A stretch of DNA of 64,000 bases from Octopus sinensis (GCF_006345805.1 NC_043024.1:11656001-11720000); one strand, 5' to 3'. Positions 38,043 to 55,674 are shown, counted from the first letter of the stretch. Numbers and translations: made by a program. The notes: generated by a model not told the origin, from the sequence alone.

Positions 38043-41000
38043 CCGTTGAGAACACCGGGGACGTTTAAGATGTAAGAAGGAAATTCAGAGCTCCGAAATC
38101 TATCCACAAACATCGAAAACAAAGACATCCTATGGAGCCAAAGTTTTACTAACAAAGAATTGGACTGTATCCGAGTAAGTAATACTAATTGAAATTTATT
38201 ACTATTTTCGAAACGAAATGATGTATTTTGACTCGATATCATCTCCAATGCAACACATGTAAACATGCATAGAACATCAAGATCATCCCCGACCCCAAAC
38301 ACCATGTACAAAGGAACTACGAAGAAATTAAATGCCACCGATACTATTCAACTCAAGAATAACAATCGAGCGGTACGTACATTAAACTTACAACAAAAAA
38401 TGTACGAAAAACTACACGTGCGAAATAATGTGACAACAGAAATAAACGGACCGGTACCCTACGAAAATGACGACCGTCAAAATAATGGGCCGGACGTTGT
38501 ACCTCATGTCCCGCAAATAAAACCCAAAAGACGTAAATGGACACGTGAGGAATACATTTCTATCTTACACGCATACTTCACAGCAGTACTCTACCCCAAA
38601 AATGAAAATACAACAACACATACATATAAAATATGGAAGGAAAATAATAGAGATATAGACTTGGATACAGCAATGAACCCTAATAAATTAGCTAACGTAC
38701 GAAGATACATTCTCAACACAAAAAAAAAATCAGAAATAGAAATAGAACACCTAAAAGAAAACATACACCAGGAAAATGTAGATAGAAGCCACACAACGAT
38801 GCCCAATAATATAAACACTGAAACTGTAAAACACGAAGACAAACGCAACATTCCCAACAAACACGATGTAAACAACGAAGGGGAGCCTAATGATTATGAT
38901 AATATAAAAAATAAAATAATAAAAGAACTGAAAACCACAGAGCTCAAAATGGACCACCGACCATACCTCCCAAGAATCAAAATAAACAAAATAACAACAC
39001 CTATTATAAACAGCATAAACCTAGCCGTCACTGAACTGATAGCCACTGAATAAAAAAAGTGATATCACTGAGCTAAATAACCTAATATACGCAGCAGCCA
39101 CTGCAGCCACAAAAGAAGCTGGATACTCACCCAAACCCGCCCAAACAGGAGTACCACCACCCAAAACAAACCCTGTGGATAAATAACATCCAAAGCAAAA
39201 TAAAAAAAATTAGAAAAGACCTGTCGATTCTTAATGAAATCAGCAAACAATCAACGCTACTGAGCAACAAAAAGAGAACAAAAATACTCCGCAAATATAA
39301 CATCACAGAGAAAGATTTGCCTGAATAAAAGAAAAGCTGAAGCAAGATATCCTTGCCAAAGCACAAAGGATCCGCCGGTACAAGAAACGCCAACGCTTCT
39401 TTGAAGAAAACAAAAAGTTCAACTCCAACCCCAAAAGTTCTACCAAGAACTGGGCAAAAATAAAATAGAAGTCACTGCAGCACCAACGGCAGAAGAATTG
39501 GAAGAATTCTGGGGAGAAATATGGTCGGCGAACGAACCACCAAAAAAAAGGAGTATCAAAATAACAAACTCGGCATCTGAACAACTTTGGACCACCATAA
39601 CAACTGAAGAGGTCACCCAGGCACTGCAAAGACTAAGCAACTGGAAGGCACCTGGGCATGACAAGATCCCCAACTTCTGGTTGAAATATCTAACAGGAAT
39701 GCACAAAAAGCTGGCTGAAAACTTTAACAACGTACTAGCAGAGCCAGAGACAATGCCTGAATGGCTCACGAGGGGAAACCATCTTAATTCCCAAATCAAA
39801 TGAAACAGAAAAACCAGAAAACTACAGACCAATAACCTGCCTCCCTACTATGTTCAAGGCATTTACTGCAGTGATATCACAAAGGCTGAACAAGCACCTG
39901 GACGAAAACAAACTGTTCCCAGAAGAGCAGAAAGGATGCCGCAAAGGCTCATATGGCTGTAAAGATCAACTAATGATTAATAAAGCCATAACTGAAGACA
40001 GCCACAGAAAGAAGAAAGGCCTCAGTATGGCCTGGATTGACTACAAAAAGGCGTTTGATAGCATCCCCCACACATGGATCCTCGAAACACTAGCCATTAA
40101 CAAAGTAGCACCAACAATCATAAAATTCATAGAGCACTCTATGAATAAATGGCAAACAGTCCTACACCTCCAAACAAAAGAGGGACTCATGAAAACCAAA
40201 GACATCCCCATTAGAAGAGGAATATTCCAGGGAGACACGCTCTCTCCACTCCTTTTCTGCTTGGCACTGTCACCTCTATCTGATATGCTAAATAGAACTG
40301 GATGCGGATATAAATGTTACGACAAAACGATCAGCCACCTTTTTATATGGATGACCTAAAACTATACGCTGCAAATGACAAACAGCTGGAAACACTATTA
40401 AAGACAGTTCATGGATTTACCAAGAAATAGATATGAAATTTGGATTAGAAAAATGCGCCAAAGTAACCATGAAAAGAGAAAACTAGTTAAGAGTAACAAC
40501 ATCACACTAGATAAAACCAATGAAATAAAAGAATTAGACCAAAGCCAAACTTACAAATACTTAGGAATCCATGAACTAGATAAGACACAACACACACAAA
40601 TGAAAGAGAAAATAAAAAAAGAATATTATAGACGAGTTAGATCAATACTAAACACAGAGCTCAATGCTAAAAACAAGATAATAGGTATCAACACTTTAGC
40701 TGTCCCAGTTATAAGTTACAGCTACAATATCCTTAACTGGACACGAAATGAACTGACCAAAATAGATAGGAAAACAAGAAAAATAATGACAGGATCTAGG
40801 ATGCATCACCCAAAATCTGACATAGAAAGACTATATATACAACGTATAGAAGGTGGTAGAGGCCTTATACAGCTGGAAAACTACTATAAAATAACCACCA
40901 TAGGACTGCAAAAATACCTACTTCAGAAGGAAGGAAAACTGATCCAGATAGCGGCAAAACACGAGCAAAACAAAAAACTGTTCTCAGTATTTAAGGAAGC

Positions 41001-41992
41001 TGACAAATACAAACAAGAAATCATACTACCTAATAAACATGAAGAAGAAGAAGAAGATGAAGAAACAACAAAAGCTATAAAACATGAAATCCAAACTAAA
41101 AATAGAACAGCAACGAACCATGATAAAACGATGGCAAGAAAAGCCCCTTCATGGTAAATACTGGACTAAACTAAACGCAAAAGAAATAGACAAAGAAAAA
41201 TCCCAGCAATGGTTGAGAAGCTCAGGACTCAAAGCAGAAACAGAGGGATTTTTAATTGCAGCACAAGACCAAAGCCTCACCACCAGAAATTACCAAAAAC
41301 ATGTAATGAAAAGAAATATTACAAGTAACTGCAGAATATGTGGAGATGGACAAGAACAATAAATCATATTATCTCTAGCTGCCCAGTCCTGGCTAAGAAG
41401 GAATATATTCACAGACATGACAGAGTTGGAACCTACATACATTGGAAGCTATGCCAACATTATAGAATAACAACAGAAAAAAGATGGTACAGGCACACAC
41501 CAGAAAAGGTCACAGAAAACGAGAAAGCAACCATACTCTGGGATATGCCGATACACACAGATAGAGAAATTAAGGCCAACAGACCAGATATAGTTGTCAG
41601 AGATCATGAAGAAAAAAAATGCTTTCTAATTGATGTATCAATACCGGCTGATGACAACGTGTCTCTAAAAGAAATGGAGAAACTCTCAAAATACAAAGAC
41701 CTGGAAATAGAGGTAACTAGAATGTGGAATCTGAAAACAGAAACAATTCCTATCATAGTAGGTGCATTAGGCATGATAAAAAAATATTCAGACAAATACA
41801 TAACAAAAACACCAGGACTTACAAACACATATAACATACAGAAAATTGCACTACTAGGCACTGCACACATCCTACGCAGAACACTTTCCATACAATAACC
41901 ATCAGAGCATCACAACAAATCACAGCACATACCCAAGGCACACAGAGCTGTGCTCGGTAGTGAAGTGAAAGCACGCTATAAAAATAAAACTA

Positions 41993-41997
<5 letters not shown>
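38043..41997 (+). mobile_element. Near-full-length R4/Dong-clade non-LTR retrotransposon (RT + CCHC + restriction-like endonuclease) in (TAA)n
   Basis: ORF pieces 38265-41898: RT motifs, CRICG..HIISSC knuckle, RHD, RPDIVV..IDVS, EKLSKY; (TAA)n on both flanks. Confidence 0.92.
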
Positions 41998-42067
<70 letters not shown>

Positions 42068-42068
42068 G

Positions 42069-42130
<62 letters not shown>

Positions 42131-42169
42131 TAAAAATTTTTTTTTAAATTTTAAATTTTATTTTTATGT

Positions 42170-43402
42170 ATTAGACATTCACTAGTACAACACCCCCCCA
42201 AAAAAAAAACCCCAAATATATGGCACAGAACTTCCAACCAGTTGTCTCTTGAGGTCTCTGGGTGAGACTTGGAGCCAACTTGTACAGACATAAAGCAAAA
42301 GTCAAACAGAATAATAATAATAATAACATTCTATCATAAAGGAAAGCAAAAATTTGCTATTGATCTCGTGCAGGATACCCAAACTGAACAACCCAAGGGA
42401 AGTATGGCAACTATTGTTGCAAAAAAGGTGAAAATAATGGCAATGAAAAAAGCGCACGAGCAATTGGCTGATAGGTGGGAGGAGAAACCTCTGCACGGCA
42501 AATATGGGGCCCGCAGCAAACAAGCTGATGTTGACCAGAAGCAAACCCATCAGTGGCTACGGAGCTCAGGGCTAAAAGCAGAGAGCGAAGGTTTCATCCT
42601 GGCTGCTCAAGATCAAAGCCTATTAACCCGGATCTACCAGGCCAATGTGATGAAAAATGGAGCAGACCCAAAATGCCGATTCTGCAACGACATGATTGAA
42701 ACAGTGGACCACCTAATCTCTGGATGTAAAGTCTTAGCTCCAGTGGAGTATAAATTAAGACATGACAGAGTTGGCCAATATCTACACTGGCTAATAAGTC
42801 GGCATTACAATATCAAAACTGCCGACAAGTGGTATAATCACCACCCTGAGGCTGTAACTGAAGGAGAAAATGTAACCATTCTGTGGGACTTTCCAGTACA
42901 TACAGACCGAACCATCAAAGCCAATAAACCAGATATTGTGTGAAAGACCAAAACAATAAGTTTGCTTATTGATCGACATGAGCATCCCCTGTGATCATAA
43001 TATCTCAGCGAAAGAGTTTGACAAGCTCAGAAAATATAAAGACCTACTCACTGAAATTGAGAAAAAGTGGTATCTCAAGGCGGTTACAATACTAGTGATC
43101 GTAGGAGCACTAGGAGTGATCAAGAAGGGAACCGAAAATTATATGAGAATGATCCCTGGCTTACCATCCCTGCAAGAAGTGCAAAAGATTGTCTTAACTG
43201 GTACATCACACGTATTGAGAAGAGCATTGTCGATGTGAGAATTATTACTACCCATGTATTTTAATTTAACTTAAAAAAAAAAATGAACGAACTATTGAGT
43301 TTAGTGTAATGGCCTACCAATGTATACTATGAGTTTCTTTGCCCTAGGAGTCGGGAAGACACTCGGCAAGAAATGGAAGCAAATTTGAAAGAGGAAAAAA
43401 AA

Positions 43403-43458
<56 letters not shown>

Positions 43459-43870
43459 CATAATACCAAAAACTGACTAAATATAAAGATCTTGAAATAG
43501 AAATCAGCAAAATGTGGAACCTGAAGACTAAAACAATACCTATTATCATAGGTATCCTGGGAATGATAGCAAAAGAGGCTGATTGCTACCTAGCTCAGAT
43601 ACCAGGAAACCCCAAAAATGGCAGAAATTCAAAAGATAATGCTCATGGGAACTGCCCATATCCTACGCAAAATACTTTCTATGTAATCTCAAGTTTTAAA
43701 ACAAACATAATTTTCGTATGTTTTTTTTAGACATTCACTAGTACAACACTAAATACAAAACCAAATATATGGCACACTAGGCATAACAATAACACAAACT
43801 TCCAACATGTTGTCTCTTGAGGTCTCTGGGTGAGACTTGGAGCCAACTTGTACAAATATAAAGCAAAAGT
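42170..43870 (+). mobile_element. 5'-truncated Dong-family fragments from at least two other subfamilies, separated by (TAA)n
   Basis: 42320-43240 CRFC..HLISGC, RHD, KPDIV; 43450-43690 MWNLKTKTIPIIIG; shared 3' UTR near 42170-42310 and 43730-43880. Confidence 0.85.
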
Positions 43871-43878
43871 CAAACATA

Positions 43879-43949
<71 letters not shown>

Positions 43950-45049
43950 GCCCTGATGCAGTACCAGGCAGTGGCTCTCATGGCTTCTGATCTTAACTGA
44001 TTGCAAGTGTTATCATGTACATTGTTTTGTCTTGGTATAAAAGATGGGCTACAGCAAATATTCTGCTCAATACCACAGATTTGCTTGTCAGTTGTTTGAC
44101 CTTAACCAGTTGAGCATGTCCCTTAGTGGCTGACGATACGTGCATCTCTGACCACGAGCAGAAGTAGTGGGGGAGCATCATAGCCATGTGTTGAGATTCT
44201 TTGGGGTTTGAATAATTCCCCTTTGGAAACATGGCTGTTTCATTCAACATCCTTAAACAACCCTCATTCAGGGACCTTTTGAGCGGGATGGGCTACTCGA
44301 CCAGAATGAAATTCTAACTGGGCCTCACCTGCAAGGTCATGAAATTTTGGGTGGTGGAGGGGAGGGTGCTATTAGATCACATCGACCCCAGAAAGAAGAA
44401 AAGCGAAGTTGACTTTGATGGGATTCGAACTCAGGATGTAAACTAGGAGAAATACTGCTGAACGTCTTATCTACCATGCTAAAGATTCTGTCGGCTTACT
44501 ACTTCGAAAACAGAGATAACGGTTTCAAGTTTGGCACAAAGCCAGCCATTTCGTGGGCGGAGGCAAGTGGATTACATCGACCCCAGTGTTTAACTGGTAC
44601 TTATTTTATCGACTCTGAAATGATGAAAGGCAAAGTCGACCTCAGCGGAATTTGAACTCAGAATGTAAAGACGGACGAAATGCTGTTGAGCATTTTGACC
44701 GTCGTGCTAACGATTCTGCAAGTTCACGGCCTTATCAAAGACAGAAATAATGAAAATAAGAAAGGAAAAATAAAGAGGAGGGTAGAGGAAGAAGAGGATG
44801 AGTGAAAAAGGCAAGAAAGAAGAAAGGAAAGAGAGAGAGAGAGAGAGAGAGTGGTAAGATATGTAAAACATTGAACGAAAGAGAAAAAGAAAAATAGAGA
44901 AAAAATGAAGGAAAGAAGGAAAAAAAAAGAAAAAAGGAAAGAGAGACAAGAGATTGAAAAATAGATTGAGAGAAAGAAAGAAAAAATAAAGAGAGTAAGA
45001 AGAATGAAAGAAAGTGAAAGATAAATAGACAGAAAGAGAGAAAGAATGA

Positions 45050-45091
<42 letters not shown>

Positions 45092-45272
45092 AGAAATGAA
45101 AGAGGAAAAAGAAAGAACGAAAATTGAATGGCAGAAAGAAAGTCGAATGAAATTGGAAATTGAAAGGAAGAAATAAAAACAAAATGGATGGCAAGAAAAA
45201 AAAATGAAAAAGTAACGGTAAGGATTAAAGTTGTGAAATGTTAAAATATGTGTCTTAGTAGCAGAGAATTAC

Positions 45273-45543
45273 CATTTGTCTTTAGGTTAACAGAACACTC
45301 TTTTGCACTTTACTTCGTCTTTACTCTTTTCCGCCAATCGATGCGAATACGAATGCATCCTTTGGTTGTTGGTAAACTGGGAAGAAACGGAATGAAAGAA
45401 AGATAATGAATAAGAATGAGAGAATGAAATCAATGAAATAATGAAGGAATGAATGAAAGAATAGAAGAAAGAAAGATAAAGAAAAAAGCAACTGAAATAA
45501 AATCTTTGTCCACGTTTGTAAAATTTTCTTCTGTATCTGCAGA
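45273..45543 (-). pseudogene. Gene B decayed/rearranged third module: truncated domain exon (xCRYRRKFYKRGQRF, acceptor 45543) plus an 87-nt exon-like unit 45273-45359 with stops
   Basis: acceptors share the caattaccaacaaccag flank of exon 3; C-x16-C and terminal C-x4-C spacing retained but CNxCxC core missing; donor G|gtaatt at 45272. Confidence 0.5.
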
Positions 45544-45569
45544 CTGGTTGTTGGTAATTGGGAAGAGAG

Positions 45570-45960
45570 TGGAGGCGCAATGGCCCAGTGGTTAGGGCAG
45601 CGGACTCGTGGTCATAGGATCGCGGTTTCGATTCCTAGACCGGGCATTGTGAGTGTTTATTGAGCGAAAACACCTAAAAGCTCCACGAGGTTCCGGCAGG
45701 AGGTGGTGGTGACCCCTGCTGTACTCTTTCACCACAACTTTCTCTCACTCTTACTTCCTGCTTCTGTTGTACCTGTATTTCAAGGGGCCGGCCTTGTCAC
45801 TCTCTGTGTCACGCTGAATATCCCCGAGAACTACGTTAAGGGTACACGTGTCTGTGGAGTGCTCAGCCACTTACACGTTAAGTTCACGAGCAGGCTGTTC
45901 CGTTGATTCGGATCAACCGGAACCCTCATCATCGTAACCGACGGAGTGCTTCCATCCATC
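45570..45960 (+). mobile_element. tRNA-derived SINE (family 3) inserted just upstream of the 45543 acceptor
   Basis: GGCCCAGTGG..GGTTTCGATTCC boxes; 11-bp direct repeat aattgggaaga at 45556-45566 and 45961-45971. Confidence 0.8.
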
Positions 45961-46239
45961 AATTGGGAAGAAAAGGAATGAAAGAAGGAAATCAATAAAT
46001 AATGAAAGAATAGAAGAAAGAAAGATAGAAATAAAAAGCAAGTGGAATAAAATAACTGAACACAGAAGATAAAAAAATGGAATGTACGAACGAAATACGG
46101 AGTGGGTGAAAGAGAGACGAAAAGAAATAGAGAATGAAAGAAAGAGAAAAATTAGCATAAAAGGAAAGATAGAAAGAGAAAGACATGAAAGAGAAAAAAG
46201 GACGAAGGAAAATTGAAAGGAAGAAAAAATAAAAAAACA

Positions 46240-47431
46240 GGATTTTTTCGGTCTGAACGGCAGTTTTTAACATAATTTCTAGGTAACTAAAAAATTTTAA
46301 ACTTCGTATACTGGTAGAATGTGTTTATAAAACATCTTTTTCTCTTGGCTTTATTGAGAAAATTCTATAGTTTGTCAGATATTTGTTGTTGTTTTTTCTT
46401 CAATTTCTGCAATTTAAACCAATCAATGACGTCTATTGAGGTAAAAACATTCTGTGCCGTATGAATATGTCTCTCGTTTAAGAAACAGATTGGATTTATT
46501 TACATTTGTGAAGAAAAAAAGATACCCTTCCCCCACCCCTAACCCTAACCCTAACCCTAACCCTAACCCTAACTAACTCTAACCCTAACTAGCCCTAAAC
46601 CTAACTAACCCTAATCCTAACTAACCCTAACCCTAACTAACCCTAACCCTAACCCTAACCCTAACTAACTCTAACCCTAACTAGCCCTAACCCTAACCCT
46701 AACCCTAATTCTAACTAACCCTAACCCTAACCCTAACTAACTCTAACCCTAACTAGCCCTAACCCTAACTAACCCTAATCCTAACTAACCCTAACCCTAA
46801 CTAACTCTAACCCTAACTAGCCCTAACCCTAACTAGCCCTAACCCTAACTAACCCTAATCCTAACTAACCCTAATCCTAACTAACTCTAACCCTAACTAA
46901 CTCTAACTCTAACCCTAACATTAACTAACTCTAACCCTAACTAACCCTAACCCTAACTAACTCTAATCCTAACTAGCCCTAACCATAACTAACCCTAATC
47001 CTAACTAACCCTAACCCTAACTAACCCTAACCCTAACCCTAACTAACTCTAACCCTAACTAGCCCTAACCCTAACTAACCCTAATCCTAACTAACTCTAA
47101 CCATAACTAACCCTAACCCTAACCCTAACCCTAACTAACTCTAACCCTAACTAGCCCTAACCCTAACTAACCCTAATCCTAACTAACCCTAAACCTAACT
47201 AACCCTAACCCTAACCCTAACTAACCCTAACCCTAACCCTAACTAACTCTAACCCTAGCTAGCCCTAACCCTAACTAACCCTAATCCTAACTAACCATAA
47301 CCCTAACCCTAACTAACCATAACCCTAAAAAAGATTGAAATGCAATAGATCGATACTAGGGTCATAATTATGGGTGACAATTTCATACGACACCGCTAGA
47401 AAAAACTGCCGTTCAAACCGAAAAGATCCCC
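46240..47431. mobile_element. TIR-bounded non-autonomous element containing ~790 bp of degenerate (CCCTAA)n
   Basis: ~30-bp TIRs ggattttttcggtctgaacggcagttttt / aaaaactgccgttcaaaccgaaaagatcc; telomere-like tract 46538-47328. Confidence 0.8.
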
Positions 47432-47494
47432 AAAACAGAATAACTGGCAGGAAAAAAACAAAAGCGTAATGATAAAGATAATGATACAGACTAC

Positions 47495-47623
47495 GTCTCG
47501 CGCTAGCTCTTCTTCTACACTGCTTCTTGGTACAGCCAACTCCTGTCTCTCTACAGAAACAAAGGTTACAATCTTCTTGGAAACTCTGTCCCACTCTGTA
47601 AGTGTTACCTTTGTATTTGCAAA
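47495..47623 (-). CDS. Gene B exon 3, domain B2 (VCKYKGNTYRVGQSFQEDCNLCFCRETGVGCTKKQCRRRASAR)
   Basis: gaacag| acceptor, six-Cys motif; 3' boundary uses a weak C|gtagtc donor (129 nt, phase 1-1), so the donor position is less certain. Confidence 0.8.
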
Positions 47624-48502
47624 CTGTTCGTTGGTAATTGGGGAAAAAAAAGAAAGAAAGAAGGATAATCGATTAGAACGAAATCAATAAATAATGAATA
47701 CTCTCTTTTACTCTCTTTCGCTCTCTTTCACTCGTTTCAGTCATTTTGACTGCGGCCATGCTGGAGCACCGCCTTTTAGTCGATCGAGCAAATCGACCCC
47801 CCCCCCCGGGACTTATTCTTTTTGTAAGCCCAGTACTTATTCTATCGGTCTCTTTTGCCGAACCGCTAAGTTACGGGGACGTAAACACACTAGCATCGGT
47901 TGTCAAGCAATGCTAGGGGGACAAACACAGACACGCAAACACACACACACACATATATATATATACATATATACGACGGGCTTCTTTCAGTTTCCGTCTA
48001 CCAAATCCACACACAAGGCTTTGGTCGGGTGGAGGCTATAGGAGAAGACACTTGCCCAAGGTGCCGCGCAATGGACTGAACCCGGAACCATGTGGTTGGT
48101 AAGCAAGCTACTTACCACACAGCCACTCCTGCGCCTATATATATATATATATATATACATATATACGAGGGGCTTCTTTCAGTTTCCGTCTACCAAATCC
48201 ACTCACAAGGCTTTGGTCGGCTCGAGGCTATAGCAGAAGACACTTGCCCAAGGTGCCGTGCAGTGGGACTGAACCCGGAACCATGTGGTTGGTAAGCAAG
48301 CTACTTACCACACAGCCACTCCTACGCCTATGAATAATGAATGAACAGAAAAAAGAAATGAAGAAACTGGGTGTAGAAGTTTTAAAAGGGTGGAATATGC
48401 AAATGAGACATAATAGTGATTGGAAAGCACGTTACAAATAGGGGTTCGGGGTCAGGCGCGAATAATAAGACCAGAAAAAAAAAAAAGAAATCTGGATTAT
48501 AT

Positions 48503-52965
<4,463 letters not shown>

Positions 52966-53551
52966 ATATAAGGGTTCGTAAGAAGAACCTCATCGCATCG
53001 TCTGTCGCGAAATAATGAAAGAAAAAATAGAATGGAAAAGCAGAAGAAAAAAATGAAAGAAAAGCAACGAAATAAAACGAAAGAAGATAGAAAAAAGAAG
53101 AAAAATTAGAAAGAAAGAGTGAAAGAAATAGGAAAAAGTAGAATAAAAAAACAAAAGAGAAATTGAAAGAAAAGCAGACGACAAAAAGGTGAGTGAAGAA
53201 TAGAAAAGAAAGACGGAAAAAAAAGAAGATAGGAAAAGAAAGAAGAAAAGAGAGAAGAAAAGAAGATAGAAAAAAGAAGAAAAATTGGAAAGAAAGAGGG
53301 AAAGAAATAGGAAGAAGTAGAATAAAAAAACAAAAGAGAAATTGAAAGAAAAGCAGACGACAAAAAGGTGAGTGAAGAATAGAAAAGAAAGACGGAAAAA
53401 AAGAAGATAGGAAAAGAAAGAAGAAAAGAGAGAAGAAAAGAAGAAAGAAAAGGAATGAATGAAACAGAGCGAGAAAGAATTATAAAAGAAAATGGTTAAA
53501 ACTGGTTCGTAGATTAATAGGAATGGGAGGATCTGTTCCATGGAACTTTAC

Positions 53552-53677
53552 CTGGAGGTCCACAGTAGATTTTGGTACAGATAGCAAAACCTTGCATTCC
53601 ACAAGTACATGTGTTACAATCATCTTTGAAACTCTTCCCGACTGGATAAAGTTTTCCCTTGTGTCTGCAGAATTTCG
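53552..53677 (-). CDS. Gene B exon 2, domain B1 (AKFCRHKGKLYPVGKSFKDDCNTCTCGMQGFAICTKIYCGPP)
   Basis: ttatcag| acceptor, |gtaaag donor, 126 nt phase 1-1 (same length as gene A exon 2), six-Cys motif. Confidence 0.92.
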
Positions 53678-53861
53678 CTGATAATTGGTAAGTGATCGAT
53701 AAAAGAATAAAAGAATAAAACAACGTGAACGAGAGAATGAAATCAATACCGAAAGAAGGAAATACGAAATCAAGAAATCGAGGAATTACGAATTGAATTA
53801 AAAGGGAAAACGAGAAATCGGGAAAGGAATTTAAAAAAAACGAGTAATCTTGAATGAGTGA

Positions 53862-54362
53862 AAGCGCGTGGCTTAGGGGTTAGGGTGTCAGTACCATGAG
53901 CGTAAGATTGTGGTTTCGATTCCTGGACCGGGCGATGCGTTGTATTATTGAGCAAAACACTTCATTTCACGTTGCTCCAGTCCACTTAGCTGGCAAAAAT
54001 GAGTAACGCTGCGATGGACTGGCGTCCTGTCCAGCTGGGGAACACATACGCCATAGAAACCGGGAAACCGGGCCCATGAGACTGGCTAGGCTTTAAAAGG
54101 TCGCATTTATTTGTGGAGGCGCGTGGCTTAGTGGTTAGGGTGTCAGCATCATGATCGTAAGATTGTGGTTTCGATTCCTGGACCGGACTACGCGTTGTGT
54201 TCTTGAGCAGAACACTTCATTTCACGTTGCTCCAGTCCACTCAGCTGGCAAAAATGAGTAACGCTGCGATGGACTGTCGTCCCGTCCAGTTAGGGAACAC
54301 ATACGCTAAAGAAACCGGGAAACCGGGGCCATGAGCCTGGCTAGGCTTTAAAAGGGCGCATT
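53862..54362 (+). mobile_element. Tandem dimer of a tRNA-derived SINE
   Basis: two ~250-bp units with GGCTTAGTGG / GGTTTCGATTCC boxes. Confidence 0.8.
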
Positions 54363-55674
54363 AATTATTTTTATTTTTTTAATATTGAATGACAGAGAAA
54401 ATTGAGAGATAAAAGAAAGACAAAAAGAAATAGAAAAGATATGATAAGGAAGGAAAGACAGAGAGATAGACGGAAAAAAAGGAGGACGCAAAAATTGTTG
54501 GATTGTTGAGTGTGGGTTTCGCGAAGGAGAGGCCGTTACTCTATTAAGAATATGATACGAATTTAGATTTCACACTGTGATACAAACAGGTAATCTCTGG
54601 GTGACCCCTTAAGCTATGAAGCTCCGCCAGAGATTTGTGATTTTCTTGTATCATCTTATATTGGTTCCAAATTTTGGCACAAGGCCAGCAATTTCGGGGA
54701 GGGGGTAAAAAAAGTAAAAGTTACCATCTCGAGCCATGCTGACGCATAAGGCCGGTTTCCTGGTTTCATGGCGTATAAATTCCCCACCTTGATGGAACGC
54801 TGGTCCGTTGCAGGGTTAGTCCTTTTTGTTAGCTGAGTGGACTGAGGCAATGTGAAATGAAGGTTTTTGCTCCAAAACACAAAGCTGTTTTCATTAGCCA
54901 GGTGTTCGGTTGATGGGGTCAAGTGGAAGACGGACTGCCAGGTACCACAGAAGACTTCAGGTACCACACGTCCTCCAGTTTCACAGAAACCATTTGCAAA
55001 CACAAAACATATACAAAGATCTAGAAAAGTCTACATAGGCGCAGGGGTGGCTGTGTGGTAAGTAGCTTGCTTACCAACCACATGGTTCCGGGTTCATTCC
55101 CACTGCGTGGCACCTTGGGCAAGTGTCTTCTACTATAGCCTCGGGCCGACCAAAGACTTGTGAGTGGATTTGTTAGACGGAAACTGAAAGAAGCCCGTCG
55201 TATATATGTATATATATGTGTGTGTATATGTTTGTGTGTCTGTGTTTGTCCCCCCACCATTGCTTGACAACCGATGCTGGTGTGTTTACGTCCCCGTAAC
55301 ATAGCGGTTCAGCAAAAGGGACTGATAGAATAAGTACTAGGCTTACAAAGAATAAGTCCTGGGGGTCGATTTACTCGACTAGAAGGCGGTGCTCCAGCAT
55401 GGCCGCAGTCAAATGACTGAAACAAGTAAAAGAGAGTAAAAGAGCATAGCATCTCTTCCGCTCAGTTCAGAGAATCATAGAAATATTCACAGACAAGGAA
55501 ACTACAGCAGCATCAATAATCACACTAACCATGTTCGAAAACAGTTTCAAGGATGCACATAAGAGTTGCCGAGAAACGGCGGTTGTTGTAGTCTGACCAT
55601 GTCTTTTGCTGTGGTTCCTACCAGACCGAAAGTGGCCCCCATAAAGATAGGGTAACATGCACAAAAATGCTACA

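Noticed and set aside
38265-43240. RT/zinc-knuckle ORFs as host genes
   Set aside because: Motif order and (TAA)n flanks identify them as R4/Dong retrotransposon ORFs.
46538-47328. True telomere or chromosome fusion site
   Set aside because: Degenerate tract enclosed by TIRs inside an intron, single orientation.
47325-47494. Read-through extension of gene B exon 3 (RRSLYHYL..)
   Set aside because: It runs into the TIR element, so it is unlikely to be ancestral coding sequence; kept only as a donor-position uncertainty.
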